DNA of 64,000 nt, taken from Candidatus Latescibacterota bacterium (GTDB lineage: Bacteria > Latescibacterota > UBA2968 > UBA8231). The stretch lies in the NCBI GenBank assembly GCA_965242865.1, contig CBDETK010000013.1:1344001-1408000 (forward strand), in the 5' to 3' direction. Shown piece by piece: positions 19,028 to 28,689 of the stretch. A program made the translations under genes and the position numbers. Position 1 is the first letter of the stretch. Each line of letters begins with the position of its first letter. The notes under the pieces were generated by a model that worked only from the letters and a program-made list of their open reading frames with translations, had not been told where the DNA came from and ran no database searches.

Positions 19028-20773
19028 GTGAAAGACTTGAGAAGCAGTACCCGCCTTGTATCCACCGCGACGCGATGGGGGATCGGGGCGGCCCTGCCCC
19101 TGCTGGCGATGGGGGGGACTGGGTGTGCCCAGCAAGAGGAAGAAGTCGCCCAGCCGGAGGTCGCGCTCGTCGCCCCTCCCGATTCGACCGCCCAAGGGGA
19201 ACTGGAACTGGCCCGGGTGGGCGACCGCTCCATCACCGCTGGCCAACTGCGGACGTTCTACGGCAAAATCCCCCAGTACCTCCAAAGCGACCGGGAAGGG
19301 CTGGAGAAAGAGCGCGACCATTTGCAGACGCTCATCGATATGGAGTTGCTGCAAATGGAGGCCAAAGCGCGGGGGATCGATCGCCTGCCGGTCTTCATTA
19401 CTAAGATGGCCCAGTACCGGAAGGAAAGGCTCATTGGCCTCTACCAGACCCAAAAGATCAGGGTGCGCGTCTCGGGGCAGGAGGTCCGCGATTACTTTCA
19501 AGCGCGAGGGTTGGCGCGCAAAGTCCGCTTTGCCCAACTCATCGCCGCCAGCCAAGACAGCGCGTGGTCTGCCCGGCGCGCGATCGCGGCGGGGCGAGAC
19601 TTTGGTGAAGTGGCCGAGCAGTGGTCCATCCACGGGCCGACGCTGGAGCAACAGAGGGCCAGCGAGCGGTTTGTCGGCAAGCTCGATATGCCACCCTATC
19701 TGCGGCCGCCCCTCTTCGCACTTGCAACCGGGGAAGTGAGCCAGCCCATAGACATCGGGGGGCATTTCGCCCTTTTCAAAGCCTTGGAGTCCGTGGAAAC
19801 CGGGCTGGACGACGAGCAATTCCAAACGATCTACCGACAGCTCTTCATCGAGCGCAGCGTCGCGTCGCGGGCGGCCTTGGCCGACAGCCTCAAAGAAGCC
19901 TTCAAACTCGAACGGGACCAGCGGGGGTTGGACGCTTTTGTGGCAGCCATGCACAGGGGGGCCTCCTCCGACGATAAACAGGTGCGGGCCCTTGTTCTCT
20001 ACCGCTATGCAGGAGGAACCATCGCGGCCGGGGATGTACTCGATGCCGCCAGTCAACTCAAGTACAAAACGCTGGACTTGCGCCGCAAGGAGGCCGTCAC
20101 CGAGTACGCCGAAAGCACCTTGGTGCCCGATGCGCTCTTTGTCGAGGCCGCCCTGCGGGAGGGCTTAGACCGGAGCGGGGAAGTGACGCAATGGCTGGCG
20201 AGGAAGCGGAACCGGGAATTGGTCGTGCAGTTGCGCGTCTCTGTGTTGCAGGAGCGCGTCAGCATTTTTGAAGAGGATATCCGCCGGGAGTACGAAGAAA
20301 ATCCCGACCGCTACATGCAGCCCGACCAAATTGAGATCCAAGAAATCCTCGTCGCCACGGAAGCGGAGGCCGAGGACTTGCTCCAGCGCCTCCGGCAGGG
20401 AGCGTCCATGGGGGACTTGGCTCGCCAGCACTCCCAACGCTTGCCCGCCCTGCGGGACGAGGAGGGCCGCCGCCGGTTCACGGTTGCGGCCGCCGCAGTG
20501 TACGGACGCTTGGTCGCCGCGGCCCGAAAGGCCCCGGTAGGCGAGTTGATCGGGCCGCTACAGGTGCGCGAGGGGTACTCCGTTTTCAAGGTGTTGTCCC
20601 GCGAGCAGCAGCGGGCCTCCTTTGCACAAGCCAAAAAGCGGGTGCGGGCCACAGTCAATTGGCTCGAGAAACAGCAGGTGTTCGAGCAATTCTTGGCCGA
20701 ACTGCGGGCTAAGTACGCGGCGCAAGTCGAGGTCCGGGAGGACAATCTGCAACGCGCTCTCACCAGCGGCTGA
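19028..20773 (+). CDS. Parvulin-type peptidyl-prolyl isomerase lipoprotein (PrsA/SurA-like)
   Basis: Lipobox-like GTGC, LARVGDRSIT, two rotamase-like domains (FGEVAEQWS; EILVATEAEA...LARQHS; IGPLQVREGYSVFKV). Confidence 0.8.
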   Translation: MKDLRSSTRLVSTATRWGIGAALPLLAMGGTGCAQQEEEVAQPEVALVAPPDSTAQGELELARVGDRSITAGQLRTFYGKIPQYLQSDREGLEKERDHLQTLIDMELLQMEAKARGIDRLPVFITKMAQYRKERLIGLYQTQKIRVRVSGQEVRDYFQARGLARKVRFAQLIAASQDSAWSARRAIAAGRDFGEVAEQWSIHGPTLEQQRASERFVGKLDMPPYLRPPLFALATGEVSQPIDIGGHFALFKALESVETGLDDEQFQTIYRQLFIERSVASRAALADSLKEAFKLERDQRGLDAFVAAMHRGASSDDKQVRALVLYRYAGGTIAAGDVLDAASQLKYKTLDLRRKEAVTEYAESTLVPDALFVEAALREGLDRSGEVTQWLARKRNRELVVQLRVSVLQERVSIFEEDIRREYEENPDRYMQPDQIEIQEILVATEAEAEDLLQRLRQGASMGDLARQHSQRLPALRDEEGRRRFTVAAAAVYGRLVAAARKAPVGELIGPLQVREGYSVFKVLSREQQRASFAQAKKRVRATVNWLEKQQVFEQFLAELRAKYAAQVEVREDNLQRALTSG

Positions 20774-20801
20774 GCAGTCCGATTGCGAGCGCAGATTCAA
20801 C

Positions 20802-22964
20802 GTGTCCCACAACGCAGAGCAGGCCCCCAAACGCAGCCTATTCCGCTGGGGTACGGGTGCTATCTTGGCCCTAGCACTGGCGTTGCGCTGGCCCGTGCCC
20901 GCCCCGGCTTGGACCCATTTCGACGAGCTCGCCTTCATCGTCCTGCCACTCGGTTTCTGGAGCGGCGATCTCAATCCCCACTATTTCAATTACCCCACTT
21001 TTCACTTCTACCTTAGTTCACTGCTGTACCTGCTCTACTACCTTTTGACGAGTGCTGAATCAGTGGACCAGTTCGTGGCCTATCGCTTGCTGGTAGATGG
21101 CCGCGACTTGCTGCCGTTAGTGCGCGGGGTCAACGCACTGATGGCCGTTGCCACAGTAGGGGCTGTCGCCTGTTTAGGCCGGCGTCTCTACGGCGTCAGC
21201 GAAGGACTCTTGGCCGCCCTAATTTTGGCGGTCGCGCCGCTAGCCGTGCGGTTTGCCCATCTGGCCACCACGGATACGCCGGCTGTTTTCTGGGCGGTAA
21301 TGGCCCTGTTGTGGGCCGTGCGCGCCCGGCAGGAGGGGTGCGTAGGGGATTTTCTGGCGGCGGGTATTTTTATGGGTTTGGCCGGGGCGACCAAGTACCC
21401 GGCGGTCCTAGTGGCGGTGCCAGTGGTCACGGCGATCTGGCTGGGTCGTCCTTGGCCGCGGCCGCGCAGCCTCTGGGTCGTCGGTGGGGCCGCGCTCAGT
21501 TTTGCCTTAGCCACGCCCTTTGTCTGGATCGACGCCGGGCAGTTTTGGGAGCATTTCGCCGATATGGGGCAGACCCATCTGCTGGCCGAGTCAAGGGCCG
21601 AGGAACGGGCTTGGCTCTACCACCTGCGCTATACCCTGCGCCACGGTCTGGGCGCGGTGGCGGCCGGGGCCGCAACTCTGTCCCTGCTCTGGGGCATTGG
21701 CCGGCGGCAATGGCAGGAACTCGTCTTGCTGGCCGGCATCGTCCCCTTGGCCGCAGTTCTCGCCCTTGCGGGGTCCACTTTCATGCGCTATGCCCTGCCC
21801 CTCGCGCCCCTGCTGGCCCTGCTCATCGGCCGCCTAGTCGGGATGGGGTGCAGGTATCCTTTGATGGGGGGCTTAGTCGTCCTGACTCTGGTAGCCGAGC
21901 CCCTGTACGCCTCGCTTCGCACTCGATCCCTACTCAGCGGCCCAGATACCCGCATTGAGGCGCGGGCTTGGCTCCAGACCCACCTTCCCCAGCACTATCG
22001 CCTGCTCCAATGGCCCGCGGAGTGCGGCCGGATCGAGGTGCTGACCCCTGAACGCGTACAGGTGCGGCAGACTCACTACCTCCACAGCTACGGCCGCGAA
22101 GCGTTGCTACAGGCGTACAGACTGCTGGCCCAGCGCGATGATCTGCCGCCCCTGTACCTAGAGATCAAGGCGGCGAGAGTAACGGCGACATCCCAAGACA
22201 GTGCGAGTGTCCCGGCCGTGGTCATCCACTATCAGCATCCAGTGTGCCGCGACGAGGAGATACCGCCCGACTTCCAAGCCCTTCTAGCGAAGAGCCAAGG
22301 ACAGAAAGTCTTTTCGCCAGGCCGGGTGGAAGCGGCTATTTTCGACCGAATGGACTGGTATTTTTTGCCGATTGCGGGATTTGACCGCGTAGAAAAGACC
22401 GGGCCTGTCGTCCGGCTGGGCACGCTCTCTGTGGGGGGCGACCCGGTGCGGATAGAGACCCGTTCTTACTTTGAGGCCCTGCACTCGGTTTTGCGCGGCC
22501 ACCAAGCTCGGGCCGAAAAGAATTGGATGGGGGCCTTGCAGGCGTACCACCGGGTTTTGGCAATCGTGCCCGTTCCCGAAGAGCTCGTCGGCCTCGCAAT
22601 GGGACGCTATCTCTACGCCCAGCTGGGGCGAACATATACTCAAGTAGGCCAATTGGACCAAGCCGTGCGCTTTTTGGAGCGAGCTATAGCTATCGATCTA
22701 AAGCCGGCGTACCGAGAAACGCACAACGAACTCGGGGTGGCGTACGCCTCCTTGGGAGATCTGGAAAAAGCCGTGGAAACGTGGGAAGAGCTAGTCGCGT
22801 TGCAGCCAGATTTTGCCCCGGCGTACTTTAATCTAGGCCGGGCTTTGTGGCGTTTGGAACGACGTCAGCAGGCCCGTGCGTACTGGCGGAAGGGGGTGGA
22901 GTTGATGCCCAATCATCCAGCGGCGGGCCGAATACAGCCGTTGGAGTTGGAGGAAGGAGACTGA
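20802..22964 (+). CDS. GT-C (ArnT-like) glycosyltransferase with C-terminal TPRs
   Basis: HFDE, LNPHYFNYP, AHLATTD, GATKYP, RYALPLAP, then TPRs. Confidence 0.78.
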   Translation: MSHNAEQAPKRSLFRWGTGAILALALALRWPVPAPAWTHFDELAFIVLPLGFWSGDLNPHYFNYPTFHFYLSSLLYLLYYLLTSAESVDQFVAYRLLVDGRDLLPLVRGVNALMAVATVGAVACLGRRLYGVSEGLLAALILAVAPLAVRFAHLATTDTPAVFWAVMALLWAVRARQEGCVGDFLAAGIFMGLAGATKYPAVLVAVPVVTAIWLGRPWPRPRSLWVVGGAALSFALATPFVWIDAGQFWEHFADMGQTHLLAESRAEERAWLYHLRYTLRHGLGAVAAGAATLSLLWGIGRRQWQELVLLAGIVPLAAVLALAGSTFMRYALPLAPLLALLIGRLVGMGCRYPLMGGLVVLTLVAEPLYASLRTRSLLSGPDTRIEARAWLQTHLPQHYRLLQWPAECGRIEVLTPERVQVRQTHYLHSYGREALLQAYRLLAQRDDLPPLYLEIKAARVTATSQDSASVPAVVIHYQHPVCRDEEIPPDFQALLAKSQGQKVFSPGRVEAAIFDRMDWYFLPIAGFDRVEKTGPVVRLGTLSVGGDPVRIETRSYFEALHSVLRGHQARAEKNWMGALQAYHRVLAIVPVPEELVGLAMGRYLYAQLGRTYTQVGQLDQAVRFLERAIAIDLKPAYRETHNELGVAYASLGDLEKAVETWEELVALQPDFAPAYFNLGRALWRLERRQQARAYWRKGVELMPNHPAAGRIQPLELEEGD

Positions 22965-23116
22965 GATTTTTCTTTGTACTTAGACTGTTTGCTCTTATAT
23001 TACCGCCGGCCAAGGGAAAGGAGGTTTTACCAGTAACTTGGCACTGTCCATGCAATGCAAGTGAGTAGATAGCTGAATCAGCTCCTCAATACAATACCTA
23101 ACAGGAGGTTAAGGTA

Positions 23117-24049
23117 ATGAAACTGATTCGTTGCTTTTTGGCTTTGGCACTTATCGTCGCCTTCGCTAATATCGGCTCGGCTCACGAACCGCCCGGCGAA
23201 GTGTACTTCGCCTTTCAGTTCCCCCTGCACGCCGTGCCCACCATCGACGGCGATCTAAGCGACTGGGACATGTTAGACCCAGAAGTCTTTGAGATCTCGG
23301 TGGAACGCGGCCATATCCAAGAGACTGTGCGCGGGGATGACAGCGGTGAGCTGTCGGATTTCAACGCTCGGAGCATGTGGGCTTGGAACGAGGAAATGAA
23401 CCGGGTTTTCTCCTTTGCCTTTGTGGTTGACGATCACCTCGACAACGACCGCGACGACCCCACCATCTTCAATTGGGATGACGACTGGCACTTCGTGCTC
23501 GACGCCGATCACAGCGGCGGCGATATGTTCACCGACGATTGGAACCAGTTGGACGATGCCGATCGCCGGGCTGTGATGTTCGTCACGGGTCAGCTATGGC
23601 AGATCCACGTGCCGCCCATCGACGGGTACTGGGCCTTCAAGTACATTGAGGCGACCGACTGGGAGACCACGGGCCGCGAGCTACCCTTCCCCGAGTTCTC
23701 GCAGGTAGGCTGGGCCCGCACCGGCGAGACAGGTGGCCCAGGGACTTATACCTACGAGATCATGATGACTCCGTGGGAAACTTGGAGTTGGGATGGTCCT
23801 GAGCAAAGCACAATCGTCGACTTGGAAGTAGGCAATATCATCCACGTCGGCTCCCTGTCCAAGGACTATGACACCAATCCCGACCGCTACGAGGGAGGCT
23901 ACGATTTTCCAGCTATTCACAATGTCTGGCGCAATGCCAATCTCATGGCCGACATGGAGTTGCTGGAGGTCGATGACTCCCTGTTTCCCACCTCTGTAGA
24001 AAACGACTCGTGGGGCCGGATTAAGTCCCACTATCTGCTGGAAGAGTAA
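23117..24049 (+). CDS. Secreted CBM9/DOMON-like acidic protein with C-terminal SWGRIK motif
   Basis: Signal peptide, PTIDGDLSDW, YEIMM, tail TSVENDSWGRIK. AGGAGGT RBS. Paralog of 44146. Confidence 0.75.
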   Translation: MKLIRCFLALALIVAFANIGSAHEPPGEVYFAFQFPLHAVPTIDGDLSDWDMLDPEVFEISVERGHIQETVRGDDSGELSDFNARSMWAWNEEMNRVFSFAFVVDDHLDNDRDDPTIFNWDDDWHFVLDADHSGGDMFTDDWNQLDDADRRAVMFVTGQLWQIHVPPIDGYWAFKYIEATDWETTGRELPFPEFSQVGWARTGETGGPGTYTYEIMMTPWETWSWDGPEQSTIVDLEVGNIIHVGSLSKDYDTNPDRYEGGYDFPAIHNVWRNANLMADMELLEVDDSLFPTSVENDSWGRIKSHYLLEE

Positions 24050-24066
24050 TTCCAGTTTCTCGAGCG

Positions 24067-24098
24067 CAAAAAGGGGATATTTCCATATCCCCTTTTTG
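24067..24098 (+). terminator. Intrinsic terminator (bidirectional form)
   Basis: CAAAAAGGGGATAT-TTCC-ATATCCCCTTTTTG, a perfect 14-bp stem. Confidence 0.85.
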
Positions 24099-24141
24099 TG
24101 TTTTAGCCATCTAAAAGCGGTTTCATCCCCTGGGGGCCATC

Positions 24142-26706
24142 ATGGCAGCGGACTCGATCGCCTATCGACTGGGCATCCCCAGCTTGGTGTGTACCCTGTT
24201 AGTCTTTCCCCTACAGGTCTGGTCGCAACAGGGCTATGCCATCCGCGGAAATCAAGTCCTGATTGACCGAGCAAGTCACTGGCAGGCGTGGAAAGGGGCT
24301 TCAAGCATTCTCGACATTTCCACCGCCGACAATACCGTGCGGCCCTCCTTTATGCGGAAAGAGGTCAACGCGGCTCAGGACGCACCGCAATTTTCCATTA
24401 CCGGCGCGGGGGGCGTGCTAGCGGGCTCCGGCCTCAATACGGCGCGCAACCTGATAGATGGCGACCTACAGACTCTGTGGAGCCCCGACCCGGAAAGCCC
24501 TCTACAAAATTGGTGGATAGAGGTACATCTTGGCCGCGTGGTGGTCGTCAAAAAAATCGTCGTGCATTTTGCCCAAGAAGACGAAGGGGATCCCTTTTTG
24601 CAGTTCAAGGTGCTGGGCTGGCGGCAACCCCCACCGCGCTCGGTCTTGGGCTACTATCTCGACGATCCCAAGACCAATGTCCCCAACTTCTGGGAAATCG
24701 GCCGAACCGACAAACCCAACAAGACTCAGCGCGTATTTGAATTTGAACCCCGACCGACCGAAGGATCGGATGCGCTCTTTAGGGGCGATCCGCTCGAGCG
24801 CATTCTAATTATTGCCATCAATAGTGATTCGACCAAGGCCGAGGAATTGACCGAACAGGAGTACGAAAATCTGCCGACCGAACAGCGCGGCGCTATCGAA
24901 TTTTATCGGCGAGAGCGGTCCGGCCGGGAAACCCTAATTTCACAAGGGGAATACGACAGCATCAATCCCGCACGCCAAGGCCCGATCCGCTACTACCGGC
25001 GGGAAATCCCCAAGATCGCCGAGGTCGAAGTCGTGACGGAGGGAGACAATATCAACATCGGCGTGGTAGAGCGGGGCGGCCAAGTGACGATCGAGACCAA
25101 CGGCGGCGTTAGCGACATTGGAGCTACAGTTACCGACGCCAACTACAGCACCGGGGTTAATGGGTCCATTTTCGGCTATCGCGACTACAATTACTTCGAG
25201 GATCTGGGCGCGCTATTCTGGGTTGACACCATGCACTTTCTCACCGACGGGGCCTCGCCGATCAACGAACTGTACGTCGATGTCTCCGACGGCACCCGGG
25301 CACCCGACGGCAGTATCAAATGGACTCGGGTGGGCCAAAGTACCTCTCGGGACGCTTTTGGCCACACCTCTTCCCGCGGCTTGCGATTTCGCGAAATCCA
25401 GATCGCGCCCACTCGGATCCGCTTTATCCGCTCGCCGTTCCAAAACCCACTGAGTTCGCTCAGCTACATCGCTTTTACAGAGGTGATGCTCTACGGGGAG
25501 GGCTTTGTGGCGGAGGTATCGCTGACTTCGGACCTAATTCAATTCAGCGAACCTAAGAACCTGATTTCCGTCGAGTGGGAGGCGGATACCCCGCCCGGCA
25601 CCCAAGTCCAGCTACAGACCCGCACGGGCAATGAGTTGATAGAAGAGAATATCCACCACGATTCCAATGGCAAGGTCGTCACTGCGAGTCGCTACAAAAA
25701 GCTGCCTAAGTCCAAAAAGGGCGATATCACCAGCACCTTCAAACCGGGCGACGACTGGAGCACGTGGAGTGTGCCGCATACTCAGTCTGGGGAAGCGATC
25801 AAATCCCCTAGTCCCAGGCAGTTTATGGAGCTTAGGCTCATCTTGCTCACAAACAGGTCGGACGCGGCCGCCACCCTCCGCTCCATTGCCGTCAACACCT
25901 CAGACCCCGTGGCCGACCGGCTGGTGGGAGAGATATGGCCCACCCGAATTGAGGCCGTGGGCACCCCGGAAGAATTCTCTTATTTCATCCGGCCCGATTT
26001 CACTGCGACCGAGCAGGGTTTCGACGAGATTAGCCTAGCAGGCACGGCGGGAACCGAGCTGGAGTTGCTCGAAGTGCGGACGGGAAGTACGGATGACTTC
26101 AAAAACGAACAGACCACCAACTACACACCAGCGGATCTGACTCTGCTCGATGCGCCAGCCGGTTCCCTCCGATTGCGTTTGAGCGAGAAAATTGGCTTGG
26201 GAACGGAGTTGGTTCAGGTCCGATTTCGCGCCACCATATTCGGCAATAGTGCCTCCTTTAGAGCTCTAGTACAGAACTCTGACGCCCCCAACTTCTGGCA
26301 GCGAGTTGACGAGGGCGATCCCACGGAGTTGGTCGGCAGCCAGACCGTCACCGTCCTAGCGCTCAGCGGCGACGAAATCATCAGAGATTTCAGCCTGGAG
26401 GCGCGGGTATTCACGCCCAATGGAGACGGCGTCAACGATGAGCTGCTAGTCAGCTTTGGCGTGGCGCGGGTGGGCACTGAGCGGCCGGTGACCCTGACCG
26501 TTTACGATCTGAGTGGGGTTGAGACCAGCCGGATAGAGGAACGCCGTCCAGACCCGCGCGGAAACTATATCTTTCGCTGGGATGGCAAGGATCACGGGGG
26601 CGCGCCGGTTCCTCCGGGGATATACTTGGCTCGGGTAAAAGTGGATGTGGATGCTGGCTCGGCCGATAACACTTTTGTGCAGCGGGTGGTCCATGTAGCA
26701 TACTGA
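24142..26706 (+). CDS. Secreted discoidin-like protein with FlgD/CHU_C-like C-terminal domain (type 1)
   Basis: Signal peptide, LIDGDLQTLW...WIEVHLGR, FTPNGDGVND, WDGKD...VPPGIY, ends VAY. Confidence 0.8.
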   Translation: MAADSIAYRLGIPSLVCTLLVFPLQVWSQQGYAIRGNQVLIDRASHWQAWKGASSILDISTADNTVRPSFMRKEVNAAQDAPQFSITGAGGVLAGSGLNTARNLIDGDLQTLWSPDPESPLQNWWIEVHLGRVVVVKKIVVHFAQEDEGDPFLQFKVLGWRQPPPRSVLGYYLDDPKTNVPNFWEIGRTDKPNKTQRVFEFEPRPTEGSDALFRGDPLERILIIAINSDSTKAEELTEQEYENLPTEQRGAIEFYRRERSGRETLISQGEYDSINPARQGPIRYYRREIPKIAEVEVVTEGDNINIGVVERGGQVTIETNGGVSDIGATVTDANYSTGVNGSIFGYRDYNYFEDLGALFWVDTMHFLTDGASPINELYVDVSDGTRAPDGSIKWTRVGQSTSRDAFGHTSSRGLRFREIQIAPTRIRFIRSPFQNPLSSLSYIAFTEVMLYGEGFVAEVSLTSDLIQFSEPKNLISVEWEADTPPGTQVQLQTRTGNELIEENIHHDSNGKVVTASRYKKLPKSKKGDITSTFKPGDDWSTWSVPHTQSGEAIKSPSPRQFMELRLILLTNRSDAAATLRSIAVNTSDPVADRLVGEIWPTRIEAVGTPEEFSYFIRPDFTATEQGFDEISLAGTAGTELELLEVRTGSTDDFKNEQTTNYTPADLTLLDAPAGSLRLRLSEKIGLGTELVQVRFRATIFGNSASFRALVQNSDAPNFWQRVDEGDPTELVGSQTVTVLALSGDEIIRDFSLEARVFTPNGDGVNDELLVSFGVARVGTERPVTLTVYDLSGVETSRIEERRPDPRGNYIFRWDGKDHGGAPVPPGIYLARVKVDVDAGSADNTFVQRVVHVAY

Positions 26707-26744
26707 GGGATGAGCAAGATCGGCGTCTAGGATTTGCGAGGGAA

Positions 26745-28649
26745 ATGTCAATGAGGACGGCTCCATTCTTTTGTGCCCTGATCTGGCTTTTCTGGTTTTG
26801 GGTCGGTTTTATGGCCAACGAGGCCGCTGGACTGGTCATTGTCCGCTTAGGCGGCCAAGCGCTGGATCCGCCTCCAGAAGTAAGCAGCGAAGAGGTGGAA
26901 TTTATCCAACTAAGCTGGCCTGATCTCGACCCTTCCCTAGGCGGCGAAACCATCGATCTAGCGATAGACGCCACGGCCATTCGGGCCCTAAAACGAGATC
27001 CTACCTTCAACATAGCCCCCGGAATTGAGGAAAGAGGGGGAAGCCATGTCAGAAAGCAAACCAACGGGCAGGTATGGGATGGGGACACCAGCACTTTCTG
27101 GTTGGCGGAACGGTATCTATGCACCGAATTCGAGGAAAGGAATTACTTCCTTAGCTGCACCGACGATTTCGGCACTCCGGGCACGGCAAATCTCAATCTA
27201 GGAGGCCCTCATCTCATCGACCGGATTCGGATAATATCCGGGCTGACCGATCCGAGCAGAATAGCACAGACCTTTCGCATTCACCTCAACGAAGAGCAGC
27301 CCCGCCAAGCTGCGTACCTGCACCCCCGTCCCTACGCGCCTTGGCTCGTTGAGGTGCGAGACAACCGCGAACAAATCATAGACGTACCCATCCCGCCGCA
27401 CGATAAAGCAAGTTTCGTTCAAGTCACTATCGGCGAGCACAACGAGGACTGGGAGGTAAACGAGATCGAAGTCTATGCCAAAGGCTTTGTCGAACAATCC
27501 ACGTACATTTCCAACATCCTCGATTGGGGGCGGCCCATGGCTTGGGGCGACCTGCGCTGGTCCGGCCACCAAGCCCCCAACGCCCGCATCTTCATCCAAT
27601 CCCGAACCGGACACGACGACGACCCGGACCTGTTCTGGCGCTTCACCGGCCGAGGCGACGAAAAAATACCCGTCAGCCGAGCCGACTACGCCAAGTTAGC
27701 GCGCGGCGAAAAAGCCGGGATCGGCTACGATCAAGCCCACTGGACATTCTGGTCGGCTCCTTACGCGTTTGCCGACAGCCTCGGCACCCCCGTTGCCTCG
27801 CAAGGCCCCCGACGCTATCTCCAACTCAAAGTAGATTTGCTCCCCCAAGCCGACGCTGGCGGTCACCTCCACTGGCTCGAAGTGCGGGCGTCTCCGCCGG
27901 TGGCGACGCAGTTGGTCGGCGAGGTCTGGCCGGTCGAAGCGCCGGTCGGACAGCCGCAGCCGTTTACTTACGTGCTGCGGCCCACCATTGGGGCGGAGGA
28001 TGGCGGCTTTGACCGGGTGGAGGTGGCCACGACTGCGCGGCTTTTGTCCGTAACGCACGTGCATATCGGCGATGCGCCGGTCGATTATGCCGTAGAAGCG
28101 ATGGCTCCTCACCGGGTGGTCTTGGGCATCCCGCGGCTGACGGCTGAAGATTCGGGCACGTTGGTGGAGGTGGGGTTCAACGCGGCAGTGTTGCGCTACG
28201 GCTCGACGTTTTCGGGTCGGGTGTGGGACAGCACCCAGCCATTGGAAGTGCCCCAGAGCGTCCAAGCGGGCGATGCCAGTCCGGCCTACGCGGCCAATCG
28301 GGTTTGGGTGGCCACCCCAGCGGTACAGCAGGCGGTGTTGCAGTTAGGGGTCGGTTCGGTGGTTTTGACGCCCAACGGGGATGGGGTCAACGACGCGGGT
28401 CGGCTAGGCTACGATTTATTGGAACTGCTGGCGCCGGCGTGGGTGGGGGTGTCGGTGTGGGATGTGTCGGGTCGTCGGGTGCGTGGGGTGTATGGGGGTT
28501 GGGATGGGGTGGGGGGGTATGAACGGGTGTGGGATGGTCGGGACGACGCGGGGCGATTGGTGCCGCCGGGTCTGTACCTGTACCGGGTCTCCGTCGAAGC
28601 CGACCACCAAACGATCGAGGCGATAAAACCAATACAGGTCGCCTACTAA
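26745..28649 (+). CDS. Secreted protein with FlgD/CHU_C-like C-terminal domain (type 2)
   Basis: WDGDTSTFW, ILDWG...WG, WTFWSAPY, LTPNGDGVND, WDGRD...VPPGLY, ends VAY. Confidence 0.8.
   Translation: MSMRTAPFFCALIWLFWFWVGFMANEAAGLVIVRLGGQALDPPPEVSSEEVEFIQLSWPDLDPSLGGETIDLAIDATAIRALKRDPTFNIAPGIEERGGSHVRKQTNGQVWDGDTSTFWLAERYLCTEFEERNYFLSCTDDFGTPGTANLNLGGPHLIDRIRIISGLTDPSRIAQTFRIHLNEEQPRQAAYLHPRPYAPWLVEVRDNREQIIDVPIPPHDKASFVQVTIGEHNEDWEVNEIEVYAKGFVEQSTYISNILDWGRPMAWGDLRWSGHQAPNARIFIQSRTGHDDDPDLFWRFTGRGDEKIPVSRADYAKLARGEKAGIGYDQAHWTFWSAPYAFADSLGTPVASQGPRRYLQLKVDLLPQADAGGHLHWLEVRASPPVATQLVGEVWPVEAPVGQPQPFTYVLRPTIGAEDGGFDRVEVATTARLLSVTHVHIGDAPVDYAVEAMAPHRVVLGIPRLTAEDSGTLVEVGFNAAVLRYGSTFSGRVWDSTQPLEVPQSVQAGDASPAYAANRVWVATPAVQQAVLQLGVGSVVLTPNGDGVNDAGRLGYDLLELLAPAWVGVSVWDVSGRRVRGVYGGWDGVGGYERVWDGRDDAGRLVPPGLYLYRVSVEADHQTIEAIKPIQVAY
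28441..28553 (+). other. G-tract cluster (putative G-quadruplex) inside a CDS
   Basis: 14 runs of three or more G in about 113 nt, including G7 at 28511. Confidence 0.6.
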
Positions 28650-28689
28650 GGGGCGTTTTGTACAAATCCAATTGGAGGTTAGCTCGCCT

